Part shown: positions 14,632 to 26,369 of the stretch, one piece after another
How the letters are laid out: every line of letters starts with the position of its first letter
Position numbering within the stretch: the first letter of the stretch is position 1
DNA from: Balanoglossus misakiensis
Lineage: Eukaryota; Animalia; Hemichordata
Direction of reading: 5' to 3'
NCBI GenBank assembly: GCA_040954595.2
Contig: CM082589.2
Span: 11,606,894 to 11,670,893, forward strand
Length of the DNA stretch: 64,000 nt
Notes under the pieces: model-generated
The model's database searches: none
What the model was told of the DNA's origin: nothing
Seen by the model: the letters and a program-made list of their open reading frames with translations, nothing else
Program-made: the position numbers and the translations under genes

Positions 14632-15203
14632 CTGCTTGACCTTGGCATAACACTGGGGTTTCCATTTATGCATATTGCTTGCTCATGTGACATTGCCTCT
14701 CTGTTTGACCTTGGCATGACACTGGGATTTCCATTCATGTGTATTGCTTGATCATGTGATATTCTCTCTCTGTTTGACCTTGGCATGACACTGGGGTTTC
14801 CATTCATGTGTATTGCTTGCTCATGTGACATGGCCTCCATGTTGACCTTGGCATGACACGTGGGTTTCCATTTATGTGTATTGCTTGCTCATGTGACATG
14901 GCCTCCATGTTTGACCTTGGCATGACACTGGGGTTTCCATTTATGTGTATTGCTTGCTCATGTGACATGGCCTCCATGTTTGACCTTGGCATGACACTGG
15001 GATTTCCATTCATGTGTATTGCTTGATCATGTGATATTCTCTCTCTGTTTGACCTTGGCATGACACTGGGGTTTCCATTCATGTGTATTGCTTGCTCATG
15101 TGACATGGCCTCCATGTTTGACCTTGGCATGACACTGGGGTTTCCATTCATGTGTATTGCTTGCTCATGTGACATTGCCTACCTGTTTGACCTTGGCATG
15201 ACA
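14632..15203. repeat. 69-bp minisatellite (~8 copies) in the predicted transposase intron
   Basis: ttgaccttggcatgacactggg recurs at 14705, 14774...; produces the repetitive 23-aa-period ORFs 14562-15175 on the minus strand. Confidence 0.92.
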
Positions 15204-15235
15204 ATGAAAATCTGTTTTGTATTCATTTATTAAAG

Positions 15236-17442
15236 ATTGCAGATTTGACATCCCCAAAGAAACAGAAGTGGGTTCATAAAAGCAGCCAGGTTTGTGCTAA
15301 TAACAGTGAATGCCTCACACTGTCCAGAAGTCAGCAACATGAACGCAGAAGTCAGACTCTTCATGCAGCTACAGTCATACACCAGTCATCATCAGGAACA
15401 GATATATCTGCAGGGAGACATGTCAGTGCAAATCCACCAAAATCAGCTCTTGATGGGCTATGGTATACTTTGATCAACAGTGCCACTCCACGTCAAATGG
15501 AAAAGTACCTTCAATCATCAATGAAAATAAATGAATTGGTCATACCAACTTTGATAAAGAAATCAATATCTGAATTTGAGAAAAGTGAAGGTAATTTGAC
15601 TAGGAGTGTGCAAGTGTTGTATCAGAATGGGGTTTTGTCAAAACGCAAATACAATGCCTTACGTAATAGTGAGTTGAATCTGTCTAAATTAAAACAACCT
15701 AGAAAAGTGTTGCAATTTCACTTTAGGTGTAACATACCAAGGTTACTTTCCTACAACAAGGTCACTGAATATACACGTGGTTTAGATATAGGAAGTCTTG
15801 AACCAATTGTAACAGATGCAAACAAAGTAGTGGGTATGAAGCGAAATACAGAGCAGATGCTCTTTAAAGTTGCTGACATGTATCTTTGCTTGAGTGAGCA
15901 CCACCCTAACATCCTAAATTGGTTTGGCAAACCGAAGGGCACTTTCCAACTTGCTGTTGGTGCTGATGGGGCTCCTTTTGGAAAATATGGTCAGGCAACT
16001 TCCTGGCTTGTCAGTTTCATCAATGTGGGCCACAGATTAGCAAGCCCTGATGATAATTTCTTGTTGCTAGGGGCTAATCTGAAGGAAGATGACCCAGTCC
16101 TGATAGATTATGCTAAAAACCTAGCCAAAGAGTTTGAGATCATAGAGGCCAAACAATACACTTTACATGGCCTGAGTGTAAAGTTTAATGTATCTTTGCT
16201 GCCATTTGATCAAAAGGGATTAGCCTCAGTTTCTGGTGAGTTATCTAATGCTGCTGAGTATTTCAGTTCCTTTGCTAATGTAACAAAAGGTAGCATAGAT
16301 GAAATAGGGGCAGATATAGGGCCAGGGAAATTTTGGTCAGAGTGGAGCTATAAGCAGTGGCAAAATTCAAAGCAAATTTGACAAAGAAAACAGGTAAGCC
16401 TGAAACATCGACAGATCGCTCTAAGGTCACACGTTTCATTGCCTCCAGAAAATCCCGACAGGAATATATTCCACCCCTGGGTAAGTATATACAGTGTGCC
16501 AAGATAGAACCCCTACATCTAAAAAACAATGCCTGGCAGTATTTCTTTCAAAGGCTTCTTACTGATGCTGTGGCTAAGACTGACCAAAAAGTCATTGACC
16601 ATGGTGTGAAATTAGAAAAGCTACCACCAAATTCATGCCTGTACAAATTCCTGCATACACTAAAATATACAGTGAGAGCAGGGAAACTATACAATCAAAT
16701 TGTCAAATATTTTGCTGAGAATAAGGTTAGTACCCATGCCCAATCAGTGAGAGTTCACCGCTTTACAGGGGAAGAATCAAGGAAGTTGGCATGGTCTTTT
16801 ATGTCACTGATAGAGTGTTTTAGGGAACCCGGTATCAGTGCACAGGTGAGAGCGAAATTGTCCCTGTATGGTTACATTGGTGTCCTACTCAGAGATATAA
16901 CATCTCTCTGTTCCAGGTTTACCCTACATGAGAGAGATATTGTAGTACTAAGGCAGAAGTGCAAATGGTACTTCAATTTGCATGCGTTATTTCTGACCGT
17001 AAACAATACTATTTGGCATATAGGATATGTTGTTCCGTGTCATGCATCTCAAATCCACCAGCAGTTCCAAATGGGGCTTGGGCTTAATACAATGGAGGGC
17101 AGGGAGGCAAAACATCAGCGCCTTCTGGAATACAGCAATAATTCCACCCCTCAAAATAGATGGCCACTAATTTTCAGACATGAGAATGTATTGTTGTACT
17201 GGTTACGCATGCGAGACCCCGCTTCAGATAACTACAGGGGGGATGGGAGGTCAAATGCCTCCAAAGTAATAAAGTACATCCCAGACAAATGCTTTGATGA
17301 CCCATCATACTGTTATTGTGGGAATGTAAAGGAAGAGTTGTCAAATTCCTGTGAAATATGCAGCAGTGAATTTATGTCAGAAATAAAACAGTCTGCAATT
17401 AGTGGTAAGATCTCAAAAAAACTAAAAAAAATAATGAAATAA
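15236..17442 (+). pseudogene. RAG1/Transib-like DDE transposase core, one frameshift near 16357 (~850 aa if spliced and repaired)
   Basis: Motifs collinear with the RAG1 core: GADGAPFG (cf. SCDGMG, D600), PFDQKGLASVSGELSNAAEYF (cf. [21 protein letters not shown], D708), IEPLHLKNN (cf. IDALHCDIG), FTGEESRKL (cf. MNGNFARKL), GLGLNTMEGREAKH (cf. SIGAWASEGNESGN, E962); C-terminal CxC..CxxC; ORFs 15245-16381 and 16357-17442 overlap in different frames. Confidence 0.75.
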
Positions 17443-17862
17443 AATGTGAAAGTTTGAATTTCATGATTCAAAACAATTATTACTGTACATGAAATGTACC
17501 AGATAGTTTTAGATTTGTATATAACTGTAAGAGAGTTTGTTGTAAATAATCTTTCATTATGAATGTCACAGATTTTGTGCTGCTTGTATTGTATTGTTCA
17601 AAATATGTATATAGCTTTTTAATCATCCTTTGAAACTAGCTGCTTATATCAGCTCTGTAGATAACCATGTTTCAAAATAAGTGAATAAAAACTGAATGAT
17701 AAATGATTCACCCACAGCTATTCAGTTCCTATAAAACATGTTTTTCTTTTTTAATTTTGCTTGGACATGCAACGATGCATGAATTCAAATGGACTGACAA
17801 AAAGTAATATAGTCAGTTCCAAGAACATGAAAAAAAATTTCAACAACAGTCTAAATATGATT

Positions 17863-18483
17863 TCACAAATGCTGAGCAACACCATGTTTGTTCCAGCATC
17901 CAAAATGGAAATGTATTGTCACTGTCTCGGCTGATTTCCTGTATCTGACAATCATAGGTTTATCTTCGGTGCAGATAACTTCCACCCGCTTACCCTTTAC
18001 TGTCTTCACCAGAAGTTGTTGGTTTTCATAGTTGACACCTCTACCCAGCACGTAATTCACTTTGTTGATCCAGGTAAATCGAAAGGTAGCAATACATGGA
18101 GTTTCCCGATCATAAATTCCCATTGAATTACGGGTAGCGCACTTTCGAAATACATCGAAAACTTCCATAGGAACATTCCTACCAAAACTGCACTTCCATG
18201 GGTTGCGCACTGAGGGTGATGGCTTCATTCTCTGCATAATTGTTGAGCGCCAGTGACACATCTCCCGTTCGAATACAGGATACACCGGAATCTGCTGCAT
18301 CTTCGCAAGCTCCACCATCGTTGCACTACGTTTGCGAACTGTTACATCAACAGCAGCATCGAGATCATCAAAACAATCATGTAGGTTGATGGAACGGTCG
18401 ATATTTGTCCTCAATAACTGAAATTTGGCCTCACGCAGCTTACGTTTCACTGTTTTAGAAACATCGATCATGGACGCCGCCAT
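17863..18483 (-). CDS. Intact 206-aa protein of unknown function, convergent with the transposase inside the TIRs
   Basis: Uninterrupted 621-nt ORF with strong start context AAAATGGCGGCG, ~105 bp inside the right TIR; no kelch or PHD motifs recognised. Confidence 0.7.
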   Translation of the reverse strand: MAASMIDVSKTVKRKLREAKFQLLRTNIDRSINLHDCFDDLDAAVDVTVRKRSATMVELAKMQQIPVYPVFEREMCHWRSTIMQRMKPSPSVRNPWKCSFGRNVPMEVFDVFRKCATRNSMGIYDRETPCIATFRFTWINKVNYVLGRGVNYENQQLLVKTVKGKRVEVICTEDKPMIVRYRKSAETVTIHFHFGCWNKHGVAQHL

Positions 18484-21400
18484 TTTGTATATACGATGCT
18501 AGGAACGTGACCCCAGCATATGACCTCAATTAACATATTTCCGCTTCGCGGAATAGCGGACAAATGAACACACTTCTGGGCCGCAGTGCTGCATTTTTGG
18601 AGTGGTCGAAAGTTTTAACATACAATCAACATGTCATATATGATCAGGGCACCAAATTCGAAGAACAAAGGTTTTTTTATTTTTTTCTAAAAATGACATT
18701 TTCAAGGAAAATTTGGTAAAACGCAATTTCGTCTGCAGTGAGCCAAATTAGACTGTATTTTGTGGAATTTGTATCGATATATACATACGAAGAGCATTCT
18801 ATACTCCATCAGATTTCCGAAAATGTAGAAAACAGGTATTTTTTGTAATTTTCAAAAATTTACCATTTTGACCAAATTGTGGCTAAAATTGTTATTTTCG
18901 TGTTGAATGCCGCCAGTGTCACTGCTTTTAAAAGTCATCAAAACTTTTAACATACAAGCAATTGTTTATATATGATCAGGTCACCGAATTAAAAAAATAA
19001 AGAATGTTTTCCCTAAAAATGACCTTTTTGGTGCAAAAACGAATAAAACGCAATTTTGTATTAAATCAGCTCATTCAGAGTGCATTTTTTATAATCAGCA
19101 CCATTTTTTACATATAATGGAAATTTCATACATCATCAGATATCCAAATATGAAAAAATGATTTAGATTTTAGATGATTGTCCAAAATTAGCTGATATCT
19201 AATAAATGTAGTATTGAACCGTTCCGTCCCCCCCCCTACATTATATGCGGTACGCCGATGTCAGCTTACCCGGCAGTACTGCAGGCCGTGCCCCCAACTA
19301 ACGTCGGTGTTTGAAACGCCCTGTTAAATTCGGGCTCTCTCTATAAATTGACAGGCAATAATGCAGTCCTACCCGAACAAATGTCGAGTGTTGACCCGCT
19401 GTGACTTTCCCTCTTCGGTTTGCCCGACTTAGCCAACGTCTTTGTACTAGAGTGTCGGGTCTTTTGCAGAGCCAGGCCGAAGGAAATCCGAGTAGATCAA
19501 CGTGGTCTCTGTACGCGTGTTTCTGCTCTAGAGTGTCGGGTCTTTTGCAGAGCCAGGCCTAAGGAATTCCGACTTGATCAACGTTGCTAACGAACGCTAG
19601 TGTCTGTCATGGTGTGCCGGGGTTTTAGTCGAGCCAGGCCGTAGGAGATCTGACTTGATCATCGTGGTCAATGTACGCGTGTTTCCGCTCTAAAGTGCCG
19701 GGGCTTCAGCTAAACCAGGCCGTAGGAAATCCGACGTAATCACCTTTGATAACTTCCGCCAGTCTGTGTCATATAGAGCCGGTGCACCAGCCGAGTCACG
19801 CCGTAGGAAATCTGACTTGATCAACGTGGTCAATGTACGCCTGTTTCTGCTCTAGAGTGCAGGGGCTTCAGCTAAACCAGGCCGTAGGAAATCCGACGTA
19901 ATCACCGTTGATAACTTCCGCCAGTCTGTGTCATATAGAGCCGGTGCACCAGCCGAGTCACGCCGTAGGAAATCTGACTTGATCAACGTGGTCAATGTAC
20001 GCCTGTTTCTGCTCTAGAGTGCCGGGGCTTCAGCTGAGCCAGGCCGTAGGAAACCCGACGTGATTACCGTTGTTAACTTACGCCAGTCTGTGTCCTATAT
20101 GTAGTGCCGGGGCATCAGCCGTGCCAGGCCGAAGGAAATGTGAGTAGATCATCGTGGTCTCTGTACGCGTGTTTCTGGTCTATAGTGCCAGGGCTTTAGC
20201 CAAGCCATGCCGTAGGAAATATGACTTGATCAACGTTGCTTACTAACGCTAGTGTCTGTCATAGTGTGCCGGGGTTTTAGTCGAGCCAAGCCGTAGGAGA
20301 TCAGACTTGATCAACGTGCTCTCTGTACGCGTGTTTCTGCTCTAGAGTGCCGGGGCTTTATCCAAGCCATGCCGTAGAAAATCTGACTTGATCACCGTTG
20401 CTAACGTACGCTAGTGTCTGTCATATTGTGACGGAGATTTAGCCGAGCCAGGCAGTAGAAAAATCGACTTGTTCAACGTTAACAGTGTGCAACTGTTTCT
20501 GCTCTAGAGTGTCAGGGTTTTAGCCGACTTATGCTGTAGGAAATCTTAGTTGATGAACGGGAATTCAATGTTAGAAAACCCGTGTGGAAAGTATCTCTAC
20601 CCGTTTGAAACTAAGAAAAGAATTTATTCTTATTTATTTTGTAAAAAAGACAATTTTTCGAGAGAAAAAAAGTCGAAAATGGTAATTTTTTCTTGGGTGA
20701 TTCAAATTATACCGCCTTTTCTGGAATTTGCAGCACTTTTTACAAGAGAACGACACTTCATGCTCCATAACATTTCCGAAAATGAAGAAAAGAGTTAATT
20801 TTTTAGGATTTTTCAAAAATTTACCATTTTTGTCAAAATATGGCCAAAATGGCTATTTTTACTTGAATTCCGTCAATATCTTTGCATTTTTGGAGTGGTC
20901 GAAAGTTTTAACATACAATCAACATGTCATATATGATCAGGGCACCAAATTCGAAGAACAAAGGTTTTTTTTATTTTTTTTTCTAAAAATGACATTTTCA
21001 AGGAAAATTTGGTAAAACGCAATTTTGTCTGCAGTGAGCCAAATTAGACGGTCTTTTGTGGAATTTGTATCGATATATACATACGAAGAGCATTCTATAC
21101 TCCATCAGATTTCCGAGAATGTAGAAAACAGGTATTTTTGTAATTTTCAAAAATTTACCATTTTGTCCAAATTGTGGCTAAAATTGTTATTTTCGTGTTG
21201 AATGCCGCCAGTGTCACTGCTTTTAAAAGTCATAAAAACTTTTAACATACAAGCAATTGTTTATATATGATCAGGTCACCGAATTAATAAAATAAAGAAT
21301 GTTTTGCCTAAAAATGACCTTTTTGGTGCAAAAACGAATAAAACGCAATTTTGTATTAAATCAGCTCATTCAGAGTGCATTTTTTATAATCAGCACCATG

Positions 21401-23061
21401 TTTACATATAATGGAAATTTCATACATCATTAGATATCCAAATATGAAAAAATGATTTAGATTTTAGATGATTGTCCAAAATTAGCTGATATCTAATAAA
21501 TGTAGTATTGAACCGTTCTGTTCCCCCCCCCCCCTACATTATATGCGGTACGCCGATGTGAGCTTACCCGGCAGTACTGCAGGCCGTGCCCCCAACTAAC
21601 GTCGGTGTTTGAAGCGCCCTGGTTAAATTCGGGCTTTCTCTATAAATTGACAGGCAATAATGCAGTCCTACCCGAACAAATGTCGAGTGTTGACCCGCTG
21701 TGACTTTCCCTCTTCGGTTTGCCCGACTTAGCCAACGTCTTTGTACTAGAGTGTCGGGTCTTTTGCAGAGCCAGGCCTAAGGAATTCCGACTTGATCAAC
21801 GTTGCTAACAAACGCTAGTGTCTGTCATGGTGTGCCGGGGTTTTAGTCGAGCCAGGCCGTAGGAGATCTGACTTGATCATCGTGGTCAATGTACGCGTGT
21901 TTCCGCTCTAAAGTGCCGGGGCTTCAGCTGAGCCAGGCCGTAGGAAATCCGACGTGATTACCGTTGTTAACTTACGCCAGTCTGTGTCCTATATATAGTG
22001 CCGGGGCATCAGCCGTGCCTGGCCGAAGGAAATGTGAGTAGATCAACGTGGTCTCTGTACGCGTGTTTCTGCTCTAGAGTGCCAGGGCTTTAGCCAAGCC
22101 ATGCCGTAGGAAATCTGACTTGATCAACGTTGCTAATGAACGCTAGTGTCTGTCATAGTGTGCCTGGGTTTTAGTCGAGCCAAGCCGTAGGAGATCAGAC
22201 TTGATCAACGTGGTCTCTGTACGCGTGTTTCTGCTCTAGAGTGCCTGGGCTTTATCCAAGCCATGCCGTAGAAAATCTGACTTGATCACCATTCCTAACG
22301 TACGCTAGTGTCTGTCATGTTGTGACGGAGATTTAGCCGAGCCAGGCCGTATAAAAATCGACTTGTTCAAAGTTACCAGTGTGCAACTGTTTCTGCTCTA
22401 GAGTGTCAGGGTTTTAGCCGACTTATGCTGTAGGAAATCTGAGTTGATGAACGGGAATTCAATGTTAGAAAACCCGAGTGGAAAGTATCTCTACCCGTTT
22501 GAAACTAAGAAAAGAATTTATTCTTATTTATTTTGTAAAAAAGACAATTTTCCGAAAAAAAGTCGAAAATGGTAATTTTGTCTTGGGTGATTCAAATTAT
22601 ACCGCCTTTTCTGGAATTTGCAGCACTTTTTACAGAGAACGACACTTCATGCTCCGTAATATTTCCGAAAATGAAGAAAACAGTTAATGTTTTATGATTT
22701 TTTAAAAATTTACCATTTTTGTCAAAATTTGGCCAAAATGGCTATTTTTTCTTGAATTCCGTCAATATCTCTGCATTTTTGGAGTGGTCGAAAGTTTTAA
22801 CATACAATCAACATGTCATATATGATCAGGGCACCAAATTTGAAGAACAAAGGTTTTTTTATTTTTATTTCTAAAAATGACATTTTCAAGGAAAATTTGG
22901 TAAAACGCAATTTTGTCTGCAGTGAGCCATATTAGACTGTCTTTTTTGGAATTTGTATCGATATATACATACGATAAGCATTTTATACTCCATCAGATTT
23001 TCGAAAATGTAGAAAACGGGTATTTTTTGTAATTTTCAAAAATTTACCATTTTGACCAAAT

Positions 23062-23390
23062 TGTGGGGAAGTATCGTGGCAGTGATCAATACTCCCGGGA
23101 GGGGGTTCGAGTATACTGACGTCGGAAAAGAAGCGAACGATTCAGTGCTAGGTAAAACACTGGTTTATTACCATCTGAATCCAACAACAAAGTAACACCA
23201 CAGAGCTCCTTACAAAATGCTGCCCGAAAGCGCCAAAACTGGGTTATATATAAGTCCCACGAACGCCGGAGCAAACACTCAACAATTACAATAAATCTGC
23301 TACAAGTTTGGCGGGAAACAAAGTCAACTCTGATAGGGTAAGAGTTTCCGTCACGTGATCCTTCTGGAGTAAATCTCTCACTTCTCCATA
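23062..23390 (-). repeat. 3' LTR of the BEL/Pao element (329 bp)
   Basis: Direct repeat of 30646-30981; preceded on the minus strand by polypurine tract GCGGGGGAGAA (23391-23401). Confidence 0.95.
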
Positions 23391-23562
23391 TTCTCCCCCG
23401 CGCAAAGGAAAGTCTCGAAAATCATCAGAAAAAAAAACATTAAATAACATGAAATATGATTAAAGTCACCTAAAGTGTTCAAGGATAATAAACTAATGTT
23501 CATTGTGTCAGTAAACATGATAACAGTCACAATGCGATCGAAATTGTTTTCCAATTTCAAAG

Positions 23563-26366
23563 TCAAATAGAGAGATCCGCTATTCGTACTCGAGCGGCAA
23601 CTGCAGAGTCTCTGACAGGTCGTCTCGGGGGTACAACATCCGCCTTCACCGAGGAATCTTCAGAGGCTCCAGCTGTGTCGACTGTTTCAGTATTCGTGTT
23701 GGAATCTGCTCCAATACCTGTATTATCTCCAGACACAGTTGACAGCTCCTTGGAGACAACTTCCAATGGGTACAATTTATGGATAGGTCGGTTTGTAGGA
23801 CCACCTGCGGTGTTCAACTCCGCAGATCGTACCAGTTTATTATTACCGAAGATCAACCTTGTTACAGTTCCTAAATGCCATTTCGGACGTTTGTCAGTGT
23901 CACTGTGTATTATCACGACATCTCCGACCTTGATGACATTATCACGAGTTCCTTTGGTGGGATGTCGTTCACGTAGGGCAGTCAGATACTCGGACGACCA
24001 TCTTCGCCAAAATTGATCGTGTAATCTTGATAGATGTTCATATCTTTTGTTGATTTCACGATTATCACAGTAAGATGGGTCAATCACCTCCTCGTCGGTG
24101 ATCTCGATGTACGGCAATGAGGTCAGTGTCCTGCCATGTAGCAAGTGATTTGGGGTCAATCCAATGTTGTCGTTTATACTAAATGACACGTACGTTAACG
24201 GCCTGTCGTTTAAAACGGCTTCAATTTCAGTCACAACTGTTGCGAGTTCATCAAAGGTTAGGTAAGCTCGACCGAGAGTTTTCCTAATAGCGTTCTTTGT
24301 CAAAGCAATCAGCCTCTCCCAGAAGCCACCAAACCAGGGCGCGCGCTTCGGTATAAACGTCCATTGTACACGGTGTGCGGCGAGAAAGTCATTTACTTCT
24401 GGCGTATCAAACAGTGTTTTGATTTCATTGGCAGCCGATAAATAAGTCGATGCGTTGTCTGACAGCATCCTACTCGGCAAAGAACGTCTCGCGGCGAATC
24501 TTCTGAACGCGTGCATGAACGTCTGGGTTGACATATCAGGAACCAGTTCTAGGTGAATGGCACGCGTCACCGCACAGGTGAATAAACAGATATAGGCTTT
24601 GGCACGTGTCCCATCTTTGGCCTTGGTATAAAGATGACCCGTGAAATCCACGCCTGTTACAGTAAATGCTGGGACAATGTTCACTCGATAACTTGGTAGC
24701 GGCGCTTGCACTGGATTCGCGTAAGGTTTCCCGGTAACTTTGTTGCAAATGACACAACCACGTAAGACACCGCGTACAATAATCTGAATTTTGGGGATCC
24801 AATATCTTTGCCTTATCTGTGTCACTGTAGATTGGACTCCCTGGTGAAGCGTCAGTTCGTGTGATTTCCGTATTATCAAATTTGTCAATTTATGATGCGA
24901 GGGTATCAAGGCGGGAAATCTTGTGACGAAATCGATCGGCGCGTTATGGATTCTACTCCCACAGCGAAGTACGTCTTCTTCGTCAACAAATAAGTTCAGT
25001 TGTCGAACAATGGGCGCACATTTACTCAAGTTCAATTTCACAGACTGGATTTCGGCGTCATAGAACTGCCGTTGAATATGTTTAACCCACATATTTTCCG
25101 CTCGGTGCAGCTCATCAGGGGTAATTCTCCCGTGTTTCACCTCGGTAGATTTTTTCATCCGTGCGATGAATCTGAGGACATAACTTGTCACTCGTAATAG
25201 CCTATCCAAGTTGTTGAATCTGGAAATGTCAACAACGTGTTGAATTCCGTAGTCATTGGGACTGGTAATTTCCAGATTTTCGCGATCTGTACATCGTCTG
25301 GCTTTGGGGGGAGCGAGTATTTCTGCCTTCTCGGTAGACTGATCGTTGATTCCGTTGCCGAAACGCGGCGGCAATCTGTCCGTCTCATCTGGTTCGATTG
25401 CGGTATGCATCACATTAACATCAAACGCTGGGCAACTAGGCCAATCGCTTGTCTTTAGCCATGTTGGTCCATTACGCCATAGTTCAGAGCGTTCCATCAT
25501 TTCGTAGGTTACCCCTCTGGTTAAAAGATCAGCTGGGTTGTGTTCTGATGGGCAGTATTTCTTTGTGGACTGAAATTCGCGAATTTCATCTACTCGATTC
25601 TTCACAAACACCGGAAGTCTCTTCTCACTGTTCAGCCAGTGAAGGACAATTTGGCTGTCACTCCATAAATAACAACGAACTATGTCATATTTGGAGGACA
25701 GGGCTTCTTTAGCGTACTTGCTGAGACGTGTGGCTATTAACGCAGCCATCAATTCCAGTCGCGGGAGTGTAGTTTCAGCCACTGGTGCGGTTCTAGTCTT
25801 CGCCATCACAAACGACGTTTGCTGTCCTCTTTTCAAATACACTACTGCCCCATACGCTCTCTGGCTTGCGTCTGCAAAGGCGTGTAGCTCGCATTCATTG
25901 TCGCCTTCAAGTTCATCAAAATATTGTCGTTCGATCTTCGTGTTTCGCGAGTCTTTGAGATCTTCTGCGATGTGCATCCATTGAGTGTAGAGATCTGCGT
26001 TGATAGGTTCATCCCAGTCTAATTCCAGTTTCCATAGTAACTGAATGAACAATTTGGCTTTGATCATTACAGGGGCGAGAAATCCAAACGGAACAAATAG
26101 CATCGCCACATAGCTGACAATGTCACGTTTGGTCACGAGTTCGGCACGCGACGACATATTAACCACTTTGGAGTAAGTCAATTCGTCAGATTTTGTTGAC
26201 CACTGCATTCCCAAAACGGATACATCTTCGGTGGGTTCGTTCAGATTGTCACATGTAGCGAGTTCGTTTATTTGTTGACAGTTGGAAGACCATGCTCTGA
26301 GTTTGAATCCGCCTGATGTCATCAACTCATTGGCTTCATGGTAGTATTTCATGGAGTTTTCTGCAG
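23563..26366 (-). CDS. BEL/Pao pol, C-terminal part (RT end, RNase H, integrase, DUF5641-type tail)
   Basis: LHAFADASQRAYGAVVY (RNase H), NPADLLTRG, H..H..CxxC zinc finger, GVDFTG / SDNAS / GGFWERL integrase DDE, FWRRWSSEYL. Confidence 0.95.
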
Positions 26367-26369
26367 TAT

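Larger units (their letters stand above)
13023..18588 (+). mobile_element. Two-gene cut-and-paste DNA transposon with CACT termini (RAG1/Transib/CMC-related)
   Basis: Left end CACTACAGCCCAGtgtgcgccatctttgtccgatatttccg; right end read on the minus strand CACTGCGGCCCAGaagtgtgttcatttgtccgctattccg (~40-bp imperfect TIR); CTG flanks both ends (13020-22, 18589-91); contains a DDE transposase and a convergent ORF. Confidence 0.85.

Noticed and set aside
14562-15175. Repeat-protein ORFs (MSHEQAIH..)
   Set aside because: Translation of a 69-bp minisatellite, broken by a frameshift and lying in a predicted intron
17863-18483. RAG2-like assignment
   Set aside because: Too short for a six-bladed kelch propeller and no GG-kelch or PHD motifs seen
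19440-20560. Common origin of the 81-bp macrosatellite subrepeat and the 81/86-bp satellite
   Set aside because: Only short shared words (atcaa.gttg, agccaggcc on opposite strands); not alignable by eye
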